Source: Dicyema japonicum
Taxonomy: Eukaryota; Animalia; Dicyemida
Direction: 5' to 3'
Length of the DNA: 64,000 nucleotides
NCBI GenBank assembly: GCA_011109175.1
Contig: RDEW01000020.1
Location: 242,514 to 306,513 of the forward strand
Shown: one piece after another, positions 1 to 12,789 of the stretch
Layout of the letters: each line of letters begins with the position of its first letter
Numbering within the stretch: the first letter of the stretch is position 1
The notes under the pieces: generated by a model
The model's input: the letters and a program-made list of their open reading frames with translations, nothing else
What the model was told of the DNA's origin: nothing
Databases searched by the model: none
Position numbers and translations under genes: made by a program

Positions 1-801
1 TATATTTAGAAAATCGTGCGAGGATGCATTGATGGCGCCTTTTAATGACCTTCCTCGATGGAGTGTCTGCTGTCCTTTGGACGTGCAGATCATGTTCTGA
101 TTAAAGGAGTAGCTATTATTTGTCCTGCGGTCTCCCTTCTGATATTCTCAATTTAAACCAAAGTCGGTAAATTAATCTAAGTACTGTAAATGTATCACTC
201 TCATTTTCTCAGAAAAGTAAACTGTTGACTTATCCTTATTTCTCTCTTCACAAAAGAGTTTGTCGTTTTCCACTTAAAGCATCTAAAAAGATATTACCAG
301 GACCACCACATGCCAGTATCATAATATTGAATAACCATTCAACATTTTATTGCGAAGTCTGCTTATGGCCATGACATATTATGTGCCTAGTATTGACCTC
401 AGCTTCGAAGCCTGAAACGTCGGCTCATTCCTGAATCCTAGCAACAAGTGGGATTCTCCGCGTTTGATAACTCTTCCTTTGGCATAGGCAGCCAGAGTAC
501 CTATGCCGCACAGGAGCTTAACGACTCCCTCCTTTGGCGCCTATAACCAACTAGTGTAGTTAGTCCCACTTTAACCAGATTTCAATTTTTATGTCTTTCC
601 TTTCAAAAAAGGCTAAATTAAATCAGAATTAAACTTACCGTTTTAAGCGAAAAATGTGATGTCTTTTCTCGTACTCTCCTTCTCATTTGAGTACTTATAT
701 CTTCAGAATAGATTCCACAAAAGATATGATTAATTTTTTCATATATGACAAGATCTCTAATATATCCTCTAAATTGAGAAATAAAAAATCACTAAATCCA
801 T
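1..801 (-). CDS. Hypothetical intron-containing protein, runs off the left edge; possibly ciliary
   Basis: ATG at 801-799. Mini-intron-like GT..AG segments (gtaagtttaattctgatttaatttag; gttaaagtgggactaactacactag) separate stretches reading HIFCGIYSEDISTQMRRR, FFERKDIKIEI and LVIGAKGG-VVKLLCGIGTL. Several frameshifts are needed and the family was not recognised. Confidence 0.45.
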
Positions 802-930
802 GCTGTTAAAATTAAAAAAATCAGTTAACCCTATTTAATAAATACAATTTGTATTAATTTTTTATTTAGAATTAATGAATTAGTTAATGTTCATAATAGT
901 TACAAAAAAGTCATATTATGTATATCTCTG

Positions 931-971
931 GTTACCATGGAAACAGGTAAAAAACAGGTTGCCCATGTGAC
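931..971. promoter_or_regulatory. Tandem X-box (RFX) motifs
   Basis: GTTACCATGGAAAC at 931-944 is a near-palindromic X-box. GTTGCCCATGTGAC at 958-971 is a second, imperfect one. They lie about 130-170 bp upstream of the minus-strand ATG at 801. Confidence 0.6.
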
Positions 972-1548
972 ATATTATCTAACATTATACACTTGCAGCT
1001 TCTGACATGATCATCCATGTTCATTCAATTTCGGATTGGGAGAGATTCGAGTCTAGGACCTACGTCCGACCGATATCTCCGTTCGAAACATCTGTTTTTC
1101 TCTGTCTCCTATGCTAGTCATATCGTCCATATACTAGAGAGGATAATAAGGGCTTTTTCTATTTGAAGATAATTAGTCACTCAGTGCGATAAAGGTGCTT
1201 CTGACTACTTTAATGCCGATTCTGCCTAACAGAAAATCTTGAAAAAGTACTCAACCTTGGAGATAGTTTCCGTTTCGTCCCAATCGCTTTCAAAAATAAG
1301 GAGCGGATTAAAAAAATGAATCACTAATGAAACTGGCAACCGCGACTCAGAAACCTACGTGAACGAGACGGTTCTCTTATCTTCTTGGAATGCTATCCTC
1401 TACGAGGATTCCTGTTGTCTTTGTTTAAAAAATTAAATAAATATTTGTGTTAAAAAAATTAAAGGATGCGATTCGAAATTAAATAAAAGTTTATTTTTTT
1501 TAAATTAATTTTATAAAATTTAAAAATATTATAAACTTTAAATAAAAC

Positions 1549-3058
1549 ATGAAAATCTTAAAATGCTATTGCAATCCAAGTCATCTCTGTGATCCTCGGT
1601 CTAACATATCAACTTGCCACTACGGAGGAGATTCATGTAAAATTATATTTTCAGTGCTTCGTGGAGCGCGACCTAAGAAATAGCGCCATTTTTAGGCAAG
1701 GATGCCTCAATAGAATCACCAGCAGACTATTTTGCAATCCAACGAAAACAAACATAAAATGTTGCGGTGACCTCAACTTCTGTAACAGACAGTCGGAAGT
1801 TTACAATCCCGGTTAATCATTTAAATTCTAAAATAGGCGACTCCACTGCAATATCGGCTCAAACACGTGCAATAATCTATTCGATCTTAATTCTGGCAGT
1901 CTTGATTATTGGAGTATCGATCGTTAGATCTTAGCATTTCGAAATTCCGTCGGAAATTGAAATTGATTTTTATTTTCTGTTTCGACGATAAGAGATCCTC
2001 CAGCCATGGAAGACTGAATTGCTCCTCTGACGGCGGGAAGCAGTTTAATAGTCATCTGTCAAGCGGAAACTCAGACTTTGACTTAAAATCGAAAACTTTT
2101 GTCGACCAAACACAGATTTTCAAAAGATCGGTAGAACATAATGTTTACTTAGCACGTGGCAGTTTTGGCGATGTCTGGGCGGCCAAATATGGGATCAAGT
2201 CATTGCCCTGAAACTATTCAAGCCACACCAGCAGGCCTGGTGGTTATGCGAGAAAACAGCCTACACCACGTGGTGGTTGGCACACAGCAACGTCCTCGCC
2301 TATATTGCCGCGGATCTCATCTTCCACCAGTCTGAGCTGTTCTATTTTATTGCCACGGATTATTACCCACGTGGCAACTTGCATGATTCCTCTTAACGAA
2401 TGTAATTGATGTCAACCAAATGCTTGTCCTCATGCGGAGTTTGGCGGCTGGTATTGCTTACTTCATTCTTAGGGCTGAGCTACTTGCACGTGGACTACTC
2501 GATTTTCTTCGGGAAGCCCCCGCTCGCTCACAGGGACCTCAAACCGTCGAATATTTTGATAAAGAAGAACAGCGAATGCTGCATTTCTGACTTTGGCATG
2601 TCTATGGTATGCTTAGAGAATTCCTCCCCGAGCAAATGGGGACCCCCGGTATATGGCGCCCGAAGTACTTGCATCAAACAGCCCATATAATCCAGTGCTT
2701 TCAGATTTGTACAGTTTCGGGCTCGTCATTTGGGCCATTGCACGTGGCAGGTCACTGGGTTGGCTCATTTGTTGTAACCTACTAGATGTCGCCCCCTATC
2801 GTTGTATTCCTTATCAGAATTTAATCACCACCACTCCCACGGTGGAAATATGATGCAAATCGTCGTGGTAGACGGCCATAGACCCTTCATGGAAGACAAA
2901 TGGAATGATGAGCTGGTAATTTGGCTGTTACAGTAATTCGGGGGTAGATTATGAAGAGGATTGCCTATTTGATGGAATTACTATGGGACCCTGACTTCAC
3001 GAACAGACCGGAGATGGATGTAGTCAGCAATTTCCTTAGAAATGTGGATAAGACGTGA
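1549..3058 (+). CDS. TGF-beta/activin/BMP family receptor Ser/Thr kinase (type I-like)
   Basis: Ectodomain LKCYC..C..TC..CF..GC..C..CCGDLNFCN; TM AIIYSILILAVLIIGVS; kinase motifs LARGSFGDVW, ALKLF, HRDLKPSNIL, DFG, YMAPE, DLYSFGLVIW. Introns include 1812-1836 and 2451-2472. TGA at 3056-3058. Homopolymer indels must be corrected to keep frame. Confidence 0.9.
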
Positions 3059-3062
3059 CATA

Positions 3063-4457
<1,395 letters not shown>

Positions 4458-4560
4458 CTAAATTAAATATTTTATCGCTCACGTGAAGCCAATCAGGAAA
4501 AAGTTATCAAACCCAATTATTGATAAAATTTATGATTATTTCTTGACAGTAAATTTTATT

Positions 4561-4759
4561 NNNNNNNNNNNNNNNNNNNNNNNNNNNNNNNNNNNNNNNN
4601 NNNNNNNNNNNNNNNNNNNNNNNNNNNNNNNNNNNNNNNNNNNNNNNNNNNNNNNNNNNNNNNNNNNNNNNNNNNNNNNNNNNNNNNNNNNNNNNNNNNN
4701 NNNNNNNNNNNNNNNNNNNNNNNNNNNNNNNNNNNNNNNNNNNNNNNNNNNNNNNNNNN
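4561..4759. other. Assembly gap (199 N)
   Basis: Run of n characters. Confidence 1.
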
Positions 4760-5099
4760 CTGTCGCTTGCATAACACAGAAACCCTAAAAAATTCATATT
4801 TGAATTATGTATAATAAAATTTGGATAGCTTTTAACTAAGGATTTATTTATAGTAGTAATATATTAATATCAAAAATAAAAAGAGAATTTATGGATAAAA
4901 ATTACAATCAATTTAATTAGTGTTCGAACATTGTATTCTGTCAAAAACAACCGATGCTCTAATTCATCCTAACCATTCAAGAAATTGACTTTAACCAAAT
5001 CCATAATAGAAAATAAGAGAATGTAAAAAACATATCTAATTATTGTTGAATTTTTTTAATTCGGGTCTTTGATATTTTCTGTTTGTTTTTTGTAGAATC

Positions 5100-6090
5100 T
5101 TCGACTATGAGAGAGTGCAATTGCTCTTTAATCACTTGGTATTCTCTCTCAAAAAAACTCTCCAATGGGAATTTTCTTGTCAGTCGATTGTTATCAAAGT
5201 CTCTTTTTGTACGTATAAAGTCCCAATATTTATATCTTCCTTTCTGAAATTTTTATTGGCGTTTTCTTTTGTTTTGTTCTTATATTTCTCCAAATGTACC
5301 TCCTTACTACATTCCTCAGTTGACTCATCTGACAGTTTCAAGTCAGATACTTCACCAATTGAAACTTGGCACGAAATAATTTAAACGGCGATTTTCCCGT
5401 CGCACGATGGCAAGACACAATTACATTTGTAAACGGTTTTTTTAATATTAACCCACTTTGTTGATCTTGTTTCGATAGTGTTTTTGCTAACAAATGTTTA
5501 AGCGTTTGGTTATACGTTCGACTTGACCCTGTAATTTAGGATTTCTAGGCCTTCCGTGAATTGAGTTGACTTTCCAATCGCTGAGAAAATTAGTCATAAT
5601 TGAATTACGGAATTCTTTTCCGTTATCAGTATGTAATGACACTGGTGGACCAACCGTCAAAAAAAGATGTTCCAATGAAGTTTTTACATTTTCCGCCGTT
5701 TTATTAAAAGCGGAAATGCCGAGGCATACTTGGAAAAACAATCGATCACTGTTAAAATCCATTTGAATTCATTATTTTTCGAAAATATCTTCTAAGATCG
5801 AAGCAATCAGCCATAAATCGTTCATAATTTTTAGAAACAGTGAGCATTTTAATTTCTTCAGATGTGATTAGAGAATTAAAATTTGAGCAGGAATCGCAAT
5901 TTAATATAAATCTGCGAATGATTAAAAACTCAACCCACAGTGATTTGAAAAATTGTTTCTTCATACGAAGTATGCAATTTTCAACAATAATATAAACGTG
6001 GGAGATACAGTGACAAGTCTCTCTGAACATCAGAATCAGTTATGAGTATAGTTGATTAAAAACTCAACCCACAGTGATTAGAAAAATTGA
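5100..6090 (-). mobile_element. Degraded retroviral-type integrase (Ginger/KRBA2-like transposon)
   Basis: HHCC-like FILNCDSC; rve core LHTDNGKEFRN and HGRPRNPKLQGQVER; frameshifted. Confidence 0.75.
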
Positions 6091-7716
6091 GGAATTGACG
6101 GACAAGCCCAGACCACCCAGTAAATGGAGGGGCAGATCTGTGCCAAGATTGCTTGGAGACAGACTGAGCTGGAAGCACTGGAGGGGCACATAAGTAGTGT
6201 GGCAAGAGGGGTTAAAGGAAAAGCACCGCCTATAGTAAAGGGGCTAATTAGTAAACTACGTGTTCCCAACTGGGACCTCAAAGAGTTGAGTAGGGCAAAG
6301 GTGGAGTTAGAGGGGGCAATAATGGTGTATAAGAGGAAACTCTATACACATGAAAGTCGGTGTAAGAGAAGAGAGAAAATAATCTTTTTGAGTTTAATCG
6401 CAGATTGTTTTACCGTCGCCTACATGAAAATAGCCATAGTGTATATTCCCAGCAGGACGCGGAAATGCTTTCCACATTAGGTAGTATGTGGGAGGCTAAA
6501 CCACCCAGAGGAAATGCGTGGAATGTCCCGTATAGCGCCGCTCATTTCTTAGCGGAATCTTGCAGAATTTTCGATTTCGCAAAAAATTTGAGGCGGTAGT
6601 GAGACATCTCCCTGATTGGAAACGACCGGGGTCGATAAAGTTATAATTTCTTTATCAAAAGATGCACTTCATTGAACGAGTCTATGTGTCGTGTATTACA
6701 GAAAAGCATCACTAACCCGGAAACGATTCCTGATTGGGCATGCACAGGGACAACTTATTTGACCCCAAAGCTGGACAACCCCCAGTCTGCTGCAGATTAT
6801 CGACCGATAACCTGCATGCCAACCCTGTATAAGCTGATGACCAAATTGGTGGCTAATGAGGTCAGGAGCTTTGTAGAAGCAAATGGGATTCTCTCCGATA
6901 ATCAGTTGGGTATTGTGCAAATTGTCAGGGGGCAAAAGAGCAGGCTTTGATCAACAAGTGCCTTTCTGTGTCTCACGGAAACTCACTTTTGTCTATGTGG
7001 GTGGATGTGAAGAAGGCTTACGATTCAGTTGATCATTCTTACCTTGTCGAGTGCCTACACAGTCTGTGTATGCCTGTGTGGTTCATCAGCTTTGTAGTGG
7101 CTGTGATGAATAGGTGGAGTATTCATCTGAACTATAATAGGCACCGGATAAGCGAGGTAAAACTCAAGAGGGGATCCATCAGAGGGATAGCATGTCTCCG
7201 CTGCTCTTTGTTTTCTGTTTGGAGCCATTGAGTCGCCGCCTCAATGACCGGTTTGAGCAAATACCAGTTCATTGTGAAGGGGTCTGTTTCAGTACAAATC
7301 ACCTTCTTTTTATCGATGACCTGAAAATGTATGCTCGAACAGCCGAGGAGCTCTACTCCATGGGGGTCTGTGCCAGGGAATTCTTTGAGAGTATAGGACT
7401 AGATTTGAATTATTCAAAGTTTGCGACTAACACGCAAGTATGTAGCGAGTTGGTAATAGTCCTAGAGGAACACGAAGGATATAAGTATCTGGGTGTTACC
7501 GAATCTCCAAAGTCCCTTATAATGACTGAGACAAAGCGACAAATTACTGAAGGCATCCGTAAAAGAGCAGCGTTATTGTGTAAGACGTCTCTAAATGCAA
7601 GGAATTTGTTCCTAGCATTAAATGAGTATGCTGTCTCGCTGCTAAACTATTACATAGGTGTTGTGGAGCCCAAGGAATGTACCAGCCTCGCTGCTAAACT
7701 ATTACATAGGTGTTGT
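6090..7716 (+). mobile_element. R4/Dong-like (RLE-type) non-LTR retrotransposon RT fragment
   Basis: DYRPITCMPTLYKL, WVDVKKAYDSVDH, MSPLLFV, HLLFIDDLK, GYKYLG, LNARNLFLALNEYAVSLLNYYIGVV; frameshifted and 3' truncated. Confidence 0.8.
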
Positions 7717-8049
7717 ATATTACATATTTTACATAATGCAGGCGGATTTTAACTGTGCTTTTTCTTTCTGTTTGTTCGTACAATAAACTTTTTATGGTAA
7801 AAATTTTTTACATATTAAATTAAATATTAACTATTGTTTTTAAATTAAATATTTTTTGTATTAAATTTTAATTAATATTGCTTGTGATGTCTGGAAAATG
7901 TGTTAAAAGAAGTAGAAAAATTATTATAAATTCTGAGAAGCTTCATGTTTTTTCAGCTGATGGAGACATTCGGAGTCATTAAGACATTCAAGACGTTATT
8001 AAATAAATTCTAATTTATTGAAAAATTGAACTCGGAAAGTCATCAACCG

Positions 8050-8910
8050 AGGCATGTAAAAAAATAGTTTATTTACGAATAAAAATGACAATGAAGTAAA
8101 CTATAAGAAATTTTTATGGATTACAGCCAATGTAGGTATTTACAATCGGACAATGGTAGAGCTCAATAATTTTCATGACAGAGAAAAGAACAACAAAATG
8201 GCGATATGATTAAGAAAATATAAACGTGACAAGTCCCTCAACATCAAAATCAGTTATGAGTATGATGGCCGAATAATGTCTTACTTTTTAAAATGGTCAA
8301 AATAAGCATGTGTTGATTAAAAACTCAACCATTTTCTTATAATCAATGGGAAATTGTACAAAAGGGAGATAAAAAAAATCACAAACTTGTCAGCATATCA
8401 CATGACAGAATGGAGAAATCATCTCAAAGTAGTGAATGGAAAAGCGAATCAGAGATCTTTGCAAGCATAAATCTACCCAATACATGTGACGACCATTAAA
8501 AAGCTCGAACCATATACGAAACCTATTAACACAGGAAAAATATCCAAGAACTAAACAACCTTATTAAGTTTTATGTCGAATCAGCCACAAAAAATTCCTG
8601 AAAGCCAGCCCTTTCTCTTCGACCACGAAGTCAAAAAGATCTTGATTATATTGTTTAACACATTCCGATATTTGGAATCTAATCAAAAATACAAAATCTT
8701 CCCTCTCCTGCGGTCCTGATTTGATTCCGACTATTCTGCTCAAACATCTTCGCCCAATTGGAATAGAAGCGGTCTGGAACAGATTCACGAAAAACACATT
8801 GCGGACATAAAACTCTTGAGAGGATTTGTAAGAAAAGACTTTTATCATCCAACGAACAGTTATTAGAAAAATTGTTTCATCATTCGAAGTATGCAATTTT
8901 CAACAACTTT
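8050..8910. mobile_element. Mixed remnants: integrase fragments and a LINE RT fragment
   Basis: YLQSDNG at about 8135-8160. Blocks shared with 5920-6060 (gattaaaaactcaacc; cgaagtatgcaattttcaacaa). SCGPDLIPTILLKHL at about 8700-8750. Confidence 0.55.
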
Positions 8911-9069
8911 GAAAACTGAAAACATAAAGACCATTTGAACAGAATATATTCCATCAGTTCTAAATTCAGCATATTTGCAGATGAACAATGGAAGGATTTT
9001 TAATCAATAAAATTGATTTTTTCAATTGGGAATTCGGTATTTTAGTAAATATTTCAAGGTACAAGTTTT

Positions 9070-9650
9070 AAACAATTATGGACTAATCTTTTGCTATGTT
9101 GGGCATATTTGAATCTCCATATAGAGAACCAAGAGAAATTACTTAAATTATGTCGAACTAAATTAACTTTGACTGTAGAACTTATCCCAAGAATCCCTCA
9201 ATCCTTGGAGTTCCACTTTGGCGTTCTAGTCACCCGCAATGAAAAGAAGAGTAGAATAATTCAAGCACGCAACGGTCCGGGGACGACGAACTATTTAGAA
9301 TACGTCCAGTTCTTCCGGATCCTTCAAAACACGACCACTATACGTTGACAATAGACATTAATCAACGAGATCCTTTGGGTAATTGATCACTGAGTCTCCA
9401 GAAACAGTATAGCCCATCAACTTCTTATGAACCGCGAACCTTTGTCCATAGTGTCTACGGTCAGCAGGAAGTGAAATTAGTCTGTAATCTTATTCATCAA
9501 GGCCGTCTTTGAATTTCGTCTCTTGAAGGCAACATATTGATTTTCCTTACATAGTCAAGTCTTGACAAGCCTATTCGGCTGGTCGTTGAGAACTTTGGCT
9601 TTGAAGATAAGAATAATTTGCACATTATAGCCATCCAAGCGTGAATCAAA
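9070..9650 (+). CDS. Possible intron-containing gene, product unknown
   Basis: Moderate GC, GT..AG segments of 23-27 nt, and readable stretches (FRIRPVLPDPSKHDHYTLTIDINQRDP; DKPIRLVVENFGF). No family recognised. Confidence 0.25.
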
Positions 9651-9848
9651 TATAGGTGCAAATTGAGAGGCGGCACAGTGTTTTCGATAGCGCTTTAAAA
9701 GTCATCCAGTTCAGACAGATCTTTCGCCACTCTCCCACAATGTGGCGCATAAGACTGCCAAGAGTACAGCAATTTTGCAAAAATGCTATTTTCAGGTAAG
9801 GGTCATTTCTATTGATCTCGTGAGACTTTGGAGGGCCAGTGACTCTTA

Positions 9849-12725
9849 TTATTATTACCCCCAGGATCACTGGGTCAAAGAGAAAGAAATAAAAGTTCTC
9901 ATCTAACTAAGTGATCCCAGACCGACAAAGGTGAGGACGAGTCCGGCGGGGTCGAGAATCCTGAACAGCTCTTCTCATAGGACATGGCATCGGCTCACAA
10001 TTTCTGTATGATTGTAGATAATTCGATAGTATTTGGAATAGAGGGCAGCTCGGTAGAACAGCCTCCTTTAATAGTTTCCGTTGTATTTTAATTAAAAAAT
10101 TTTCAATAGGTTGGATGTTGTGATCTGGTCCAATTAACCTTATTGCAGTTTCCTCGATTGCAGATAACTTCAATGTGGAAGATCGTGACATTTGCATTGC
10201 CCATGAAGGACTTGCATACGTCATCGTTGGTCGGATGAATTGTTTGTAAATCGTGGCAAGGATCCCAGTTTGATCTCTAAATATTTTTGAGAGCACTTTT
10301 AAAATTCTCATTTTTTCAGAGCAGAAGTTACTCTGTTTTCAACATGCCGGATAAAGGTGAGTCCCTGATCAAAGGTTACTCCCAGAATCTTCGGTGTTTT
10401 GTTAATAGAGATAGCTTCGTTCTTCATAAAGACTTTTGGTTCGATACAGAGCTGTCTTTTGTAGGTGGTAAACAGTGTGACAAAGGACTTTGCTGCTGAT
10501 GTGTCAAGTCTCCGCTTCGAGAGCCATAGTTCCAAGTTATCGAGCATTTGTTGAGCCAACTGAGTCGCTGATTGAATGTTTCTGTCCTCGGAGGCAAGAA
10601 TGATATCGTCGGCATATGAGAGGATTAGACAGTTTTCATTACAGGTTTGTGGCATGTCGTTTATGTAGAGATTGAAGAGTTGGGGTGATAGTGGGGAACC
10701 TTGAGGGACTCCATTTGGGAAATAGCGAGATCTTGATTTGATGTTGTTTCAGAGCACTTGTGCTCGTCTTCCATTTAGGAAGTTTCCAAGCCAAAGTTTC
10801 AGGTTCGGATGGATGTTGGTTTCGTATATTTTCTTTGTTAGGAGTTTCCTAGGGACTGAGTCGAACGCTTTTGTGATGTCCACGGATATAAGTACTGTCC
10901 TCTGATGGGGTTTGGAAGAGTTAAATCCTTCCGCAATGAATTGTGTGAGAGGTTGTAAGGTGTGTTGTCGTCGAATGATTGTCCCGGAATCCGTGCTGGG
11001 TCGGTGGTATTGAGATTGAGTCTTGTATTTTTTCCAAAACAAGCCTTTCAAGGATCCTTGAGACCGGACTTAGAATAGATATTGGGCGATAGGAAGATGG
11101 TTCATCTATTGGTTTGTTGGGTTTTCGGATAGGTCTGATTAGAGACTTCTTCCATATTTCAGGGATTGTATTTGTGTTAATGGATAGGTTGAATATATAG
11201 GCTAATAGTTCCAGGGCTCGATGGCCTAGGTGCTTCAGTTCACATGTGGTTATGTTGTCTGGTCCTTTGGCCTCTGAGTTGTTGGCCTTAGATATGGCTC
11301 TGCGAACATCCTGACTAGTAAATAGGATCCAGTCATCGGAGCGTTTCGGTTCAATCTTTTTCAGGAATACTTGGTGTTCTTTTGAAAACTTCCTGTAGGA
11401 TATAGATGTGTAATATTTTATCAGAGTGTCTGGTTTTATGTAGACTTCGACTTTTCTCTCTGGGGAGGGTCTTTTGATGTTTTTGATCCACTTCCACACT
11501 CTTTGCATTGGGGGGTTTTTGTAGAGAGCTTTCGATAGTCTCGTCCATCTATTTGCATTTTCTGTCTTTATGTTGTTGTCGATCTCTCTGTTCAATTCTC
11601 GTATTTTCCTGATGTTCTCTTCTGTTGGCGATTTTACCATCTTTAGATTGTTTCGTTCTCCGATCAGATGTTTCGTCGTTGTGTTAAAACGTTTTGATGA
11701 CGTTGGTTGTCTCCCCATAGGAATGTACTTCTTTTTCGCATCGTTTATAATGGAGTTGAACCATTTCACTAATTGTTCGACGGAGGGAAAAGTGGGGAAA
11801 TTTAATAGTCCAATACAATTATCGACGTATTCCTTGAATCCTTTCCAATTCGCAAGGCTGTAGTTAGTTATTGTTGGGCATTGTCCTTTTATCCGTGACC
11901 TTGTTTTGACCTCCAAAAATATTGGGTTGTGGTCACTACTGGTGTCATACTTCACTGACCAGTCAATAAGTGGGGCCAAGGACGGTGATGACAATGAGAT
12001 GTCGATAGAAGAAGGTTTATCATTACGTCGAGTAGGTGTTCTTGTATGAGATGCAGGATCGTTGAGTATACATAGGCTGTGGAGGTCCTCAATTATCATC
12101 TTCCCTCTTTTGTCGTAGGTTTGTCCTGTCAGCCACAGTGGGTGCTTCGCATTGAAGTCACCACAGATAATCACATCCTTTAGTGACGCGAGAGGAGTGA
12201 GTCTGGGGGCACTGGACGAGCAGGAACTCAGTGGTGGGAGATATGCGTTGACAATTGTTATTGATAGTCTTGGGAATCGTATTTTGGTAACCAAAAGTTC
12301 GAGATTTCCATATCCTTTAAGCATAGTGTAAGCACTGTTGGTTATGTCCTCAAACGGAATGCCGTTGCGGATAACTGTGAGAAGACCCCCACCAAGTTTG
12401 CCAATTCTGTCACGGCGAATTACTGTGAATCCCGGAAATACTGGTGTTGAATTCTTTGGAGAAAGTTTAGACTCTTGAATTAGCAACAGATCAATGTGAT
12501 TTTCTTTCACAAATGTCCGAAGTTCGAGTATTTTGTTCTTGATTCCATTTATGTTCAGTTGGACTATTCTGGCTGGTCCAGGGTTTGCCTCAACGTCCCC
12601 GCAGCGGCGCAGGCCTTCCTTATTGGTCCACCCGTGAAGATAGGGGAAAGTGTGGTTCTTTTTTTTCAAATGCCACCACGTCGTCGGCGAGCCACATGAC
12701 ATTATTTATGATTAAGCCAATAAAT
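9849..12725 (-). mobile_element. Single-ORF APE-RT LINE with N-terminal 2A motif (Ingi/Vingi-like), about 2.9 kb
   Basis: GDVEANPGP then APE (IVQLNING, IQESK, GDFNAKH, SSDHNP), RT (YRPISIL, QHGFR, DITKAFDSVP, SYADD, KILGVTFD), ending SGIT*. (TAA)n tail at 9849-9857. Imperfect TSD CAGTGACTCTTA (9837-9848) / CAGCTACTCTTA (12726-12737). Confidence 0.9.
12574..12597 (-). other. 2A-like ribosome-skipping motif DVEANPGP
   Basis: GAC GTT GAG GCA AAC CCT GGA CCA, an exact match to D(V/I)ExNPGP, directly upstream of the APE domain. Confidence 0.85.
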
Positions 12726-12789
12726 CAGCTACTCTTAAGTCGTATTTGAATTACGCCAATCTTTTCACTACACGCCAAATATGGAGAAT

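Noticed and set aside
395-430. Hammerhead-like GAAACGTC segment and the GGCATAGG/CCTATGCC hairpin near 480-510
   Set aside because: There is no CUGANGA core, and the region is better explained as antisense of the minus-strand gene.
4762-4775. Second X-box candidate upstream of CDKL (GTCGCTTGCATAAC)
   Set aside because: It mismatches the consensus and lies next to the gap, so its distance is unknown.
4483-4797. ORFs in the track spanning the N run
   Set aside because: They are artefacts of the assembly gap.
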